From the NCBI GenBank assembly GCA_050916045.1, contig CP051526.1, forward strand, positions 1,408,001 to 1,472,000: DNA of 64,000 bases, written 5' to 3'. The translations under genes were made by a program, and so were the position numbers. How positions within the stretch are numbered: position 1 is the stretch's first letter; each line of letters starts with the position of its first letter. The notes below the pieces were generated by a model. The model did no database searches. It was not told where the DNA came from and saw only the letters and a list, made by a program, of their open reading frames with translations. The DNA comes from Tepidisphaera sp. GTDB taxonomy: Bacteria; Planctomycetota; Phycisphaerae; Phycisphaerales; UBA1924. Of the stretch, positions 37,744-47,291 are shown one piece after another.

Positions 37744-39240
37744 TCAGGCTCCCGCGCCGGCGGTCTGTTTGCGGGCGTCGGTGCGGCTGATGATGTCGCT
37801 GACGCCCTGCTGGTTGAAGCCTTTGAACCCGTCGTTGCGTTCGAGGTTCTCAAGGTGGCTTCCGAGCGCCCCGTCCTTGCGGAACGTCTCGCCTTGCGCC
37901 GCGGTGATGAGCCCCTTGCTGACAAGCATGTCGGTGCGACGGGCATCCACCGGCCAGCGCTCACCCTCGGTGAACGCTTGCCGCAGGTGGGGGAAGGTCG
38001 TGAAGGGATCCATCATCTTGATGGATTCCTTCTCGAGCTGGGCTTTGAGAGCGTGCCAGTCGAACTGGCACTCGAGGTGGTGCATGCCCGCCTGAAGGAA
38101 CGCTTCGCCGTGAAGCTCGCACCAGAGGCCGATCGTGCCGAGCTTGCCTTGCGCGATGGTCGTCTTGAAGCCTTCGTGCGGGAAGTCTCCGACGAGCTCC
38201 TCGGGCGTCATGTCAACATCGGCGAAGATCGTGATGCCCGCGACAGTCTGTTCGATAACCTGGGCGCCCCAGAAAGCTTCGTGCCCGGCGTAGAAGCGCT
38301 CGCGGCCCCTGAACCCGAGCTTCTCGAGGCAGCGGATGAGAGCGGGGTAGCAGTGACGGCTGCTGCGGTAGGTGTGGTGGTCGTGGTTGGCCCAGCCCAG
38401 GCCGAGGGCGTCCTGCCGGGCTTTCTGCACGCGTCCGGCGCGGGTGCGGCGCTGCCAGTAGTCGCGTTCGGCTTGGAAGAAGAGGTCGCACGCCCAGTCA
38501 CGCCCCAGATCGCGGACGGCGTCGTCGATCAGGTGCTCGGTGTGCGTGAAGCCGCGGAGGTCGGCTTGGTCGTCGACGCCGAAATCACGGTGACGCGTGC
38601 GGAAGCGTTCGAGGTGGCGAAGGCTCGCGATGATCTTGTGGTGGTCGTTCTGCACCGGCGAAAATCCGCGATAGCCGTGGCGTTCGACGACGTAGAGGTC
38701 CGCGTAGGTGCCGTGGAAAGCCAGGGCGCGGCGGAACTGCGAGAAGGGGTCGCCTTCGATCGGGTGTTCGAGCTTCCAGGTCGCGAGGAAATCGGCGACG
38801 TGGTCGACCTTGATGCCGCACTGGCGCGTGGGGCTTTCGGAGAGGATGATCGAGGGGAAGATCGCTCCCTCGTGCGTGAAGTGCTCGGGGGCGCCGGGCT
38901 GAGGCCTGTGCGAGAAGCCGACCTCGAGGAGTTTGGCCCGAAGGCCCGGGGAGGTCGGGACCTGGAGATAGTCGATCCAGTCCTGGAAGCGCGTGCCGGT
39001 CTGGTCCTTCATTCGCTGGGCGAGGTCCGCGGCGTGGGCGTTCTTGGCGGCAAACTCGGCGATGAGCGTGGAGACGAGCTTCTGAGCAGCGGGCTGAGGC
39101 TCCCAGCGGAACATGTCGGGTGACCAGTCAGGCTGCTTGGCGGCGGTGGTGGGCGTGTGGCTTGGGACCATGAAGACCTCCGTGAGAGCGGACCATGAGT
39201 CGGAGAAGAGCCCGTCGGCCGCGGGGTGCGGCGTTGACAC
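37744..39240 (-). CDS. Conserved-looking hypothetical protein, possible VOC-superfamily metalloenzyme
   Basis: 498-aa ORF with strong codon bias; NHDHHTYR, GMHHLECQF, HLENLERNDGFKGFN. Confidence 0.75.
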   Translation of the reverse strand: MSTPHPAADGLFSDSWSALTEVFMVPSHTPTTAAKQPDWSPDMFRWEPQPAAQKLVSTLIAEFAAKNAHAADLAQRMKDQTGTRFQDWIDYLQVPTSPGLRAKLLEVGFSHRPQPGAPEHFTHEGAIFPSIILSESPTRQCGIKVDHVADFLATWKLEHPIEGDPFSQFRRALAFHGTYADLYVVERHGYRGFSPVQNDHHKIIASLRHLERFRTRHRDFGVDDQADLRGFTHTEHLIDDAVRDLGRDWACDLFFQAERDYWQRRTRAGRVQKARQDALGLGWANHDHHTYRSSRHCYPALIRCLEKLGFRGRERFYAGHEAFWGAQVIEQTVAGITIFADVDMTPEELVGDFPHEGFKTTIAQGKLGTIGLWCELHGEAFLQAGMHHLECQFDWHALKAQLEKESIKMMDPFTTFPHLRQAFTEGERWPVDARRTDMLVSKGLITAAQGETFRKDGALGSHLENLERNDGFKGFNQQGVSDIISRTDARKQTAGAGA

Positions 39241-39243
39241 ATC

Positions 39244-41001
39244 CTAACGCGGCGCGGCTTTCGTCGCGCACCAGGCTTCCCACATGGCCCGGAGGGCCGA
39301 GCCGAACCGGGCCGCGTGGCCGGGAGCGTCGCAAAGCGGCGACGCGGCCATCGTGTTCCTCAGATTGCGACGCAGATCCGCGAGGCGTTCCGGGTTTGCC
39401 GCGAGCGATGCCGCGACCGTCGCGAAGCTTTCCGAGCCCTTGGCGGCAAGATCCGCGAGGCCGACCGCCGAGAGGATCGAAGCCGAGACCCTCGACGCGT
39501 GGAAATCGCCGAGCAGCGTGACGACCGGGACGCCCATCCACAGAGCTTCGCAGGTGGTGGTGGTGCCGTTGTAGGGTGTGGGGTCCAGCGCGATGTCGAT
39601 TGAGTTGTAGCGGTCGAGGTGGGCGGTCGTGCCTTGGGTCGCGCCCTCGAAGATGACGCGTTCGGGGCCGATGCCGCCGGCGGCGAACCGCTCGAGGACA
39701 TAAGCGTGCACCGTGGGGTCCGCGAACGAGCCGGACTTGAGCACGATCACCGACCCCGGCACGGCGCGGAGGGCGGACGCCCAGAGCCCGATCGCCGTCG
39801 GGCTTGATTTCATCGCGTTGTTGAAGCATCCGAAGGTCACGCCGCGCGAGCCCGGGCGGGACATCGGGGGCGCGGGGTCGATCGGGCCCGCTTCCGCGGG
39901 CGGCTTGTAGCAGAGAAAGCAGGGGTCGATCCGCACGAGGTGCTCGGACGCGAGCGATTCCGAGCCCGGCGGGTCGGTGATGGAATCAACGATGCGGTAG
40001 CCGACGGCGCGCAGGCCCGTGGTGTTCGGGTAGCCCAGGTAGGTCGCTTGCACCGGCGCGGCGAAACCCTGCATGACGTTCAAGCGGTTGCCGTCGGTGT
40101 GCCCGGCCATGTCGATCAGGATGTCAATGCGGTCGTTCCAGATCTTGAATCCCATGCCTTCGGTCGCGCCGGGAATGGGGCTGAACTGGCGGAAGCTCTT
40201 GGCGATGGCTTTGAACCTCGCGGTGTACTCGTCGCGGAGGCCCATGGTGTAATAGAGGTAGAGCTCGAACGAGTTCTTGTCGAGGTTCGCGAGGAGGGGC
40301 TCGAGAAAGAACGCGCACGAATGATTGCGGAAATCGGGGGAGATCACGCCGACGCGGAGCTTGCGACCGGGCTCGGGCTTGTTGGCGTGATTGACGGGCA
40401 GAACGCCGGGCATGTTGGCGTAGGCTTCGCCGGCTTCGAAGTGCACCATCGCGCGGTCGGCGGCGGTGATGCCATCGTCAAAGTTGGAGAACGAAGCCCG
40501 TCGGCCCATGAAAAGCACATCGTGCGAGGCCATCATCGCGCCCTGGCGGAAAATCTCGCGTGCTTCGGCGAACATGCAGCATTCGTGGAGAGCGCCGGAG
40601 TACGCCCAGATCGCCCGAAGGTCCGCCGGATCGGACTCGTACCAGGCTTTGGCAACGCGGAGCTGCTCGGTGGGTCGGCGGATCATCGAGAGGAACGTGA
40701 GGTACGTCTCGCGGTGGGTGACGTTGTCTGGAGCGAGTTCCAGAGCCTTTTTCGCGGCTTCCAAGCCTTGTTCCTGCACGGAGAGGTCGCGTCTAGCCTG
40801 TCCCCACGCGGTGAGGACGTAAGACTGCACGTGCCACGCGGTGGCGTCGGTCGGCGATTGGGCGAGAATGGCTTTGATCTTGGCGTCGGCTTCCTCGTAG
40901 CGATTCGCGTTGAAGTCGTCGAGCACGGCCATCAGCGCCGGGTTGTGGCTCGGCTCGGTGGCGAGGTTGGGGTGCGCGGGTTGGGAGGGGTTCTGCGACA
41001 T
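39244..41001 (-). CDS. TPR-containing SPINDLY/O-GlcNAc transferase-like glycosyltransferase (GT41)
   Basis: N-terminal TPR-like helices; LRVGVISPDFRNHS, DILIDMAGHT, APVQATYLGYPNTTG, IDIALDPTPYNGTTTTCEALWMGVPV. Confidence 0.92.
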   Translation of the reverse strand: MSQNPSQPAHPNLATEPSHNPALMAVLDDFNANRYEEADAKIKAILAQSPTDATAWHVQSYVLTAWGQARRDLSVQEQGLEAAKKALELAPDNVTHRETYLTFLSMIRRPTEQLRVAKAWYESDPADLRAIWAYSGALHECCMFAEAREIFRQGAMMASHDVLFMGRRASFSNFDDGITAADRAMVHFEAGEAYANMPGVLPVNHANKPEPGRKLRVGVISPDFRNHSCAFFLEPLLANLDKNSFELYLYYTMGLRDEYTARFKAIAKSFRQFSPIPGATEGMGFKIWNDRIDILIDMAGHTDGNRLNVMQGFAAPVQATYLGYPNTTGLRAVGYRIVDSITDPPGSESLASEHLVRIDPCFLCYKPPAEAGPIDPAPPMSRPGSRGVTFGCFNNAMKSSPTAIGLWASALRAVPGSVIVLKSGSFADPTVHAYVLERFAAGGIGPERVIFEGATQGTTAHLDRYNSIDIALDPTPYNGTTTTCEALWMGVPVVTLLGDFHASRVSASILSAVGLADLAAKGSESFATVAASLAANPERLADLRRNLRNTMAASPLCDAPGHAARFGSALRAMWEAWCATKAAPR

Positions 41002-41005
41002 GTGT

Positions 41006-42328
41006 TTAGGAAGAAGCGGCGGGACGCCAGAAGGAAAGGGTCGGCTGAACGGTCGCGGCGGCGGGAACGCCCTCGGTCATCACCATGTGCTTGGTCCCGG
41101 GAAGATGGTGGCCCCATTTCACCTGCGCGAAGCAGACCGGGGAAGCCGAGAGCATCGGAGCGAGGGATGAGCTCGTGATCACACCGACAGCGTTGTCGCC
41201 CGTCGCGATCGAGGCGTCCATCGCGGCGCCGGCGGGCACCGCGAAGACGTGTGCGCCGGAGATCGGCATGAAGGGAAGGCCGCTCGCGGCGTCGCGGGCG
41301 TGCGTGGCAGGCTCGACCTTGAGCGCGACGAGCGTTTGCTTGGGATGCCCGCGTGCGTGCATGCGGGCGACGATCTCCTGCCCGAGGTAGCACCCCTTCG
41401 TGAAGCTCACCCGCTGGTCGAGAATCCCAGACTCCGCGGGCAGATTTTCCGGGCCAAAGTCGATGTTGTAGATCGGCGTGCCCGCTTCGATCCGCGCGAT
41501 GTTGAACGCGTGCCAGCCGATCGGGCGCAGGCGCACGCGGTGGCCCAGCGTCGGCCGGCTGCCGTCGATCGTCAAGCCGGGGTCAGAACCGGCTTCCAGG
41601 AGCCGCTTATAGACGAGCAGGGCGTGTTCCCGCGGGACGAAAAGCTCAAGGCCGCGTTCGCCCGTCAGATCGTCGCGCACGACCCAGACCCCGGCCATCT
41701 CCGTGTTTCCGTGCTCATCGGGCTCGCCCACGGCGAAAGCGACTTTCGACACGCCTCCGGGTTCCAAAGCCGTGACGCGAACGCTCCCCTCGGTCGTCTC
41801 GACCAGTTCGTCCAGAAGGATCGCGGAAGTCGGACCGTGGAGCGAGAAACGCGACCAAGCGGAAGAGACATCCGCGAGCGTGACGTCGTCGGCGATCACG
41901 AACGCTTCCAAGCCGGCGATCGTGCGTCCGGCCGCATGGATGTCCACATCGATCAGGATCGACGATCCGGTTTCGAAGAGCAGAAGGTCCGCATCCAGGC
42001 GGCCCTTTCGGTTAAGCCAGAAGCTTCGCCTTGCTTCCCGAGGCTTGAGGCCCTTGAGCTCCTGCGTCAGCATGCGGTTGAGGAACGCGAGACGCTCGGA
42101 CCCGCGCACCTCGATGACCGCACGGTGCGGCGTGTCAAAGAGCCCGCAGGACTTGCGGATCGCCGCGTACTCAAGCTCAAGTTCGCCGTAGGTCTGGACC
42201 AACTCGACCGGTGTCGAGGCGGCAGCGGGAGCGTCCTGGGACTGATCGGCGTTCGGAGCTTCGCCCCAGGGCGCGAGATACGCCTCGGCTTGCTGGTGAA
42301 GCTGGAGAATCGGGCTCGGAAGTGGCAT
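41006..42328 (-). CDS. YgfZ/GcvT-family folate-binding aminomethyltransferase-like protein
   Basis: GSERLAFLNRMLTQ, RIEAG, VSFTKGCYLGQEIVARM signature. Confidence 0.92.
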   Translation of the reverse strand: MPLPSPILQLHQQAEAYLAPWGEAPNADQSQDAPAAASTPVELVQTYGELELEYAAIRKSCGLFDTPHRAVIEVRGSERLAFLNRMLTQELKGLKPREARRSFWLNRKGRLDADLLLFETGSSILIDVDIHAAGRTIAGLEAFVIADDVTLADVSSAWSRFSLHGPTSAILLDELVETTEGSVRVTALEPGGVSKVAFAVGEPDEHGNTEMAGVWVVRDDLTGERGLELFVPREHALLVYKRLLEAGSDPGLTIDGSRPTLGHRVRLRPIGWHAFNIARIEAGTPIYNIDFGPENLPAESGILDQRVSFTKGCYLGQEIVARMHARGHPKQTLVALKVEPATHARDAASGLPFMPISGAHVFAVPAGAAMDASIATGDNAVGVITSSSLAPMLSASPVCFAQVKWGHHLPGTKHMVMTEGVPAAATVQPTLSFWRPAASS

Positions 42329-42380
42329 CGTCTCAGCGTAGGAGGCCGGAAGTCTCCGCCGAAGCTCGTAGGATTGCCGC

Positions 42381-43202
42381 ATGCTCGACCCGCTGGAGTG
42401 CTACGAGTTGTGCGTGCAGTCGCCCCGACATGTGGCGGCTTTCCTGCGCGGGCTGCACGGCAACCTTCCCGCGACGCTTTACGAAGATTTCTGCGGCACG
42501 GGGGCGGTCTCCCGCCGCTGGGTGCAGGACGCTCGTCGGCTTGGCGTCCCGGGCGACGCGGTCGCGACTGATCTGGACGCGTCCACGGTCACGCGGGCCC
42601 GAGACCAGGCCCGCGAGGACGGCATCGCCGATGCGGTCGTCGTGAGGCTTGGCGACGTTCTCGCCAGTCCGCGTGAAGCCGAAGCGGCCGACCTCACGTT
42701 CGTCGGCAACTTCTCGATCGGTTACATCCACGATCGGCCAACGCTGATCCAGTACCTCTCACGCTGCAAGGCGCGCCTGGACGCGGCTCAGGGCGGTTTC
42801 GGCTCCGGCGGCCATGGTGCTTTCGTCTGCGACCTCTACGGCGGTGCGGGAGCCTTTCGCCTCGGCGGGCTTGAGCGCCGGCACCCCGGCCGGGGCCGCG
42901 AGATCATCCGGTACACGTGGGTCCACGAAGCGGCGGACCCGATGACCGCGATGGTGCGCAACTCCATCTCCTTCCGCGTCGAGGTTGACGGCGAGGTCGT
43001 GCAGGAGTGGCCCAGGGCGTTCGTGTACGAGTGGCGGCTTTGGAGCCTCGCCGAGCTGCGCGAGGCGATGCTCGAAGCCGGGTTTTCGCGGGTCGAGGTG
43101 TTCAAGGACGTTAACGTCGCGCCGGGGCACGCTCCCAAGCCGGTCGAAAGCCCGTCGGAACTCGGCGAAGACTGGATCGTGCTCGTCGCGGCGCGGGCCT
43201 GA
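42381..43202 (+). CDS. SAM-dependent methyltransferase-like protein
   Basis: YELCVQSP, LYEDFCGTGAVS, NFSIGY, FVYEWRLWS. Confidence 0.8.
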   Translation: MLDPLECYELCVQSPRHVAAFLRGLHGNLPATLYEDFCGTGAVSRRWVQDARRLGVPGDAVATDLDASTVTRARDQAREDGIADAVVVRLGDVLASPREAEAADLTFVGNFSIGYIHDRPTLIQYLSRCKARLDAAQGGFGSGGHGAFVCDLYGGAGAFRLGGLERRHPGRGREIIRYTWVHEAADPMTAMVRNSISFRVEVDGEVVQEWPRAFVYEWRLWSLAELREAMLEAGFSRVEVFKDVNVAPGHAPKPVESPSELGEDWIVLVAARA

Positions 43203-43313
43203 TTTCGTGCGGCCGTTTCGGTGCCTATCCTTTATTAGGAGATTGATCGGGTGCTGCCACTCTGCCGGTGTGCGGCTCAGACAGGCCCGTGCTCTCCCCA
43301 AGAGGATCACCCC

Positions 43314-44027
43314 GTGAACAAGTTGTCTTTCGTCACCGTGCTTGCGTTGATCGGTTCGGCCGGCTTGGCTGTTGCTCAGCCCGAGAAGAAGGATGAGAAG
43401 AAGCCCGAGTCGGTCCCGGCGACGAAGGTTCAGCCTGTCAAGGAAGAGAAGAAGGACGACAAGAAGAAGGAAGAGGTCACCCTGAAGGTCGGTTCGGACG
43501 CTCCGAAGATCGAAGCGACGAAATGGGTGAAGGGCAAAGAGGTCAAATCGTTCGAGAAGGGCAAGGTCTACATCGTCGAGTTCTGGGCGACGTGGTGCCC
43601 CCCGTGCGTCAAGAGCATCCCGCACCTGACCGAGATGGCCAAGAAGTACTCGGACGTGACGATCATCGGCATGGCTTCCTCCGAGCGTCAGGCCAAGGAC
43701 GCGAAGACCGACAACCGCCTCGAGGTGGTCGAGAAGTTCGTGAAGGATCAGGGTGAGAAGATGGAGTACACGGTCGCGTACGACGCGGACCGCAAGATGT
43801 CGGCGTCGTGGATGCGTCCCGCCGGCCAGAACGGCATCCCCTGCTCGTTCATCGTGAACGGCGAGGGCAAGATCGCCTGGATCGGCAACCCGCTGGACCC
43901 CAACTTCGAGTCCGAGATCGCCAAGGTCGCCAAGCCCGTCGAGAGCAAGGACGGCAAGGACAGCAAGAAGCAGGAAAAGGGCAAGCCGGAGAAGTCCGCT
44001 CCCGCCAAGGAAGACAAGAAGAAGTAA
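43314..44027 (+). CDS. Exported TlpA-family thiol:disulfide oxidoreductase (redoxin)
   Basis: GTG with SD AGAGGA, signal peptide, EFWATWCPPC, GIPCSFIV. Confidence 0.92.
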   Translation: MNKLSFVTVLALIGSAGLAVAQPEKKDEKKPESVPATKVQPVKEEKKDDKKKEEVTLKVGSDAPKIEATKWVKGKEVKSFEKGKVYIVEFWATWCPPCVKSIPHLTEMAKKYSDVTIIGMASSERQAKDAKTDNRLEVVEKFVKDQGEKMEYTVAYDADRKMSASWMRPAGQNGIPCSFIVNGEGKIAWIGNPLDPNFESEIAKVAKPVESKDGKDSKKQEKGKPEKSAPAKEDKKK

Positions 44028-44063
44028 GCCGCTGGGCTTAGCGGCAAAGCCTCAAGAGAAAGC

Positions 44064-44092
44064 AAACCCCTCCGTCACGCGGAGGGGTTTTT
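44064..44092. terminator. Bidirectional rho-independent terminator
   Basis: AAACCCCTCCG-tcacg-CGGAGGGGTTTTT between convergent genes. Confidence 0.85.
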
Positions 44093-46093
44093 CTTTGCGC
44101 GGCCCCCGAGCGCCCGGGCTTGCCACCAACCGAGCAGCGGCTCGGCCATCGGCGAAGACACGCCGTACGCGTCGTTCATCGCGCGGGCGGCGTGTATGAG
44201 GAGTTCTTCGCGGTGCGGCGAGTGCATGGCGGCGTGCGCACGTTCCAGGTGTTCGGCCGCGCGGGCCCACGGTTCGACGTGCGCCGGAAGCGGCAGTTCG
44301 AGGACCTGTCTGGCCGCCAGCTTGATCGCGGACGCCGACATCGCGGACCCGGCGGTGCGTTCGTAAGCGATCGCAGTGGCGACGGGCGATGCCAACACGG
44401 CCGCGAGACGCCATAGGTCACCGATGGCGATGGGGGTCACGGTGAGGACGGGCGTTGAGGGGAGCAGCGTGCCCTCGGGATCGGCGAGGGGCTCGAGGGC
44501 ACGGGTCTGCGTCGCGAGGAGGATTTTGGGCACGAGACGCGACGTGATCCACGGGCCGAGCGTGCCGCGGGCTTGCATCGCGGATCGGTCGACGCGCGGG
44601 GCCCGCCAGACACGTTTGAGGATCCGTGTGGGCATGCGGCCCCAGTCGCTCTTCATGCAGTCGATGAGGCCGGAGGTGATGAGCGGCGGGAACCGGTCGT
44701 GGGTGCGGGGGTCGATCTCGGCATCCTCGACGATGAACCCCTCGAGGCCGTAGTACTGGTCGCGGAAGTCCGCGGTCGCTCGCGCGAGATCGCCGAGCGT
44801 GCCGCTGGTACGGATGTTCTCCAGCGCCGGCACCCCGCGGACGCGAGCGGCGAGGAGCGACCATGTCGAGCCGGCCGGTCGCGGGTGGGGTGCGGTCGCC
44901 GCCGGCCGGAAGGTCTCCGCATCGTGGAGCACGACGGGTTCGGGCTTTGCGCCGCGCTCGAAGCACGGGACGCACGTCAGGACCGTCGCGCCGGCGAAGT
45001 GTGAACGGCTTGCGACCCAGAGCGAGCAAAGGCGTGAATCCCTCAGAACCCGCTCGCGAACGCCCGCGGCGTCGCGTGCCGCGAGCAGCGACTGGGGCAT
45101 GACCAGGGCGAACCGCCCGCCCGGCCGGCAACGCTCGCACGCGAGAAGCAGGAACGCGGAGGAGAGATCGGCGTAACCCGTGATCGCGCCGCCGGACCAT
45201 TTGGCGAGCTTGGCCGCTTTGTCGCGGCTGTTGGCGGTTGAGGTCTCAAGCTGGTTGAGGTACGGGGGATTGCCGACGACCACGTCGTAGGTGCGGGTGT
45301 CGCGGGCGTCCAGAGCATCGGCGACCGCGATGCGTTTGCGGTGCGGATTCCAAGACGCTCCGGGCTTGCCGACGAACCTCCAGAGCGAGAAGGCCGCCAG
45401 TTCCGCGGCCAGGGGATCGATGTCGATGCCGTGGACGCGCGAAGCGGCGGCGGTGCGCGTCGAGGTCGCGGCCAGACGCTCGGCGGCGGCGATGAGAAAG
45501 TTGCCCGAGCCGCAGGAGGGGTCCAGGACCGTCGGGAGCGTTGGTCCACGTCCGAGCACGGGCGAGAGGGCGGCGTCCAGCGCGACGTTCACCAGTTCGC
45601 GCGGGGTGTAGAACGATCCGCATTTCTTGCGACCTGCGGGCGAGGTCGGCGCGGCAAGGGCAAGCATGGCTTCGTACGCGGTCCCGAGTGCGAAGACGTC
45701 GGGCGCGGCGGTGCCCGATGCCCACGAGCGGACGAGATCGAGGCATCCACGGAACGCTCCCGCGCCGGGCTGGTTCAGTCCGCGGACGGCGGCGGGGGAG
45801 TAGAGCCATGAACCCAGCGGGGGGAGGCCAAGCCGCGTGTCGCCGCGATCCAGCCCGCGAAAGACACGCCCGCACGCTTGCCAGTTGCGATCGGCCGAGA
45901 GAATCGCGTGGTCGCGGGCGTAGCGATCCCGGGTTTGGCGGCCGGTCCGCGGCGGGTGCAGGAGCGATTCGCGTTCCATGATCGCGAGGATCGCGAGGCG
46001 GAGCACGACGACCATGGCGGGACGCGACGGCTTGGCCGGCGCGAGTGCTTTGAGCGCCTCGGCGAGCGCGGATGTCAGGCGGACGGTGGGCAC
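44075..46093 (-). CDS. Gamma-class N6-adenine DNA methyltransferase (Eco57I/TaqI-like), no nuclease visible
   Basis: RKKCGSFYTP, VLDPSCGSGNFL, HGIDIDP, VVGNPPY; start uncertain (GTG 46093). Confidence 0.85.
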   Translation of the reverse strand: MPTVRLTSALAEALKALAPAKPSRPAMVVVLRLAILAIMERESLLHPPRTGRQTRDRYARDHAILSADRNWQACGRVFRGLDRGDTRLGLPPLGSWLYSPAAVRGLNQPGAGAFRGCLDLVRSWASGTAAPDVFALGTAYEAMLALAAPTSPAGRKKCGSFYTPRELVNVALDAALSPVLGRGPTLPTVLDPSCGSGNFLIAAAERLAATSTRTAAASRVHGIDIDPLAAELAAFSLWRFVGKPGASWNPHRKRIAVADALDARDTRTYDVVVGNPPYLNQLETSTANSRDKAAKLAKWSGGAITGYADLSSAFLLLACERCRPGGRFALVMPQSLLAARDAAGVRERVLRDSRLCSLWVASRSHFAGATVLTCVPCFERGAKPEPVVLHDAETFRPAATAPHPRPAGSTWSLLAARVRGVPALENIRTSGTLGDLARATADFRDQYYGLEGFIVEDAEIDPRTHDRFPPLITSGLIDCMKSDWGRMPTRILKRVWRAPRVDRSAMQARGTLGPWITSRLVPKILLATQTRALEPLADPEGTLLPSTPVLTVTPIAIGDLWRLAAVLASPVATAIAYERTAGSAMSASAIKLAARQVLELPLPAHVEPWARAAEHLERAHAAMHSPHREELLIHAARAMNDAYGVSSPMAEPLLGWWQARALGGRAKKNPSA

Positions 46094-46131
46094 GCGAGGG
46101 GAGCGTATCAGTGCCGGGGTACACTGCGAGC

Positions 46132-46524
46132 ATGGGTTTCTTTGATTGGCTACGTGGCGGCGTTCGGAAGAGCGTCGGAAAGGGCGGGATCCGGCTGGAA
46201 TGGTCGGGTTTGACGACGGCTCCCTCGGACGGCGATGAAAGCGAGGCGGACTGGGCGCGGGTGGAGGCAATGCTTCAGCGGTTTCTGGCCGAGCCGCCGA
46301 CGTCGGACGCTTTTTTCATCATCGGCGTCAGCGAGATGACGTACCTCCAGGGGGTGTGGGAGGAGGGGTCGATCCATCTGGAGCATCAGCAGGGCTCGAT
46401 GGACAGGCACTTTGAGTGCACTCAGCCGGTGGATCGGGGGCTGCTGCTGGATCTCGCCCGGCTGTTCGTCGACAACCCGGCCTCGATCGAGGCGGCGGCT
46501 TCGTGGGCTCCGATGGAATTGTGA
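46132..46524 (+). CDS. Hypothetical protein (130 aa)
   Basis: ATG start MGFFDWL; acidic, protein-like composition. Confidence 0.7.
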   Translation: MGFFDWLRGGVRKSVGKGGIRLEWSGLTTAPSDGDESEADWARVEAMLQRFLAEPPTSDAFFIIGVSEMTYLQGVWEEGSIHLEHQQGSMDRHFECTQPVDRGLLLDLARLFVDNPASIEAAASWAPMEL

Positions 46525-46551
46525 CGGCCGGTCGGGCGACTACCATCGGCC

Positions 46552-47262
46552 ATGCGCACACGGACGAAGAAAGCGGTGATGTGGACTGTGGTCGGGATGA
46601 CCCTCGGGCTGGCGATCGGCTGTGAGAGGCCGGCACCGCCGGCTCCCGGCGTTTCGGCCAAGAGGACCGAGCCCGTGGCGGAACAACCGCCCGCGGCCAA
46701 TCCCGGAGCGGCGGCTTCGACACCGGCACCCGGCCCCGCCGGCGCTCCGCCGATGCCCGGCCCCGCGACGCCCGCCAAGGAGGATGTCGCGGATTTGGCG
46801 TCGCCGACGTTCATTCTCGGCGGTCTGAAGTTCACCAAGCCCGAAACGTGGTCGCGGGTCGCGCCGTCGAACTCCATGCGGAAAGCCGAACTTCGGAGCC
46901 CGGGTGTGGGCGGCGCGGAGGAGGCGGTCGTGGCTTTCAGCCAGGCTGGCGGCACCGTGCAGTGGAACCTCGACCGCTGGAAGACGCAGGTCACCGGTCC
47001 CGATGGCAAGCCCGCCGAAGCGACCATCGAAGTCCGTGAGGTGGGCGGCATCAAGGTGCACATCTTCTCGTCCAGCGGCGCGTATCAGGACGGCATGCCC
47101 GGCGGGCCGAAGACTCCTCGCGAGAAGTGGACCCTTCGCGGCGCGGTGATCGAGACGACGCCCATGCTCACCTTCGCGAAGATGATGGGGCCGGAAGAGT
47201 CGATGACCGCGGCCAAGCCGGCGTGGGACGCGATGATCGCCGGGCTCGTCAAAGCTGAGTAA
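46552..47262 (+). CDS. Hypothetical lipoprotein with Pro/Ala linker
   Basis: Lipobox AIGC, PA-rich linker, MRKAE and GGTVQWNLDRWKTQ motifs. Confidence 0.8.
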   Translation: MRTRTKKAVMWTVVGMTLGLAIGCERPAPPAPGVSAKRTEPVAEQPPAANPGAAASTPAPGPAGAPPMPGPATPAKEDVADLASPTFILGGLKFTKPETWSRVAPSNSMRKAELRSPGVGGAEEAVVAFSQAGGTVQWNLDRWKTQVTGPDGKPAEATIEVREVGGIKVHIFSSSGAYQDGMPGGPKTPREKWTLRGAVIETTPMLTFAKMMGPEESMTAAKPAWDAMIAGLVKAE

Positions 47263-47291
47263 GCCGAGTCCTCTCGTCGCGGCCGCAACGG

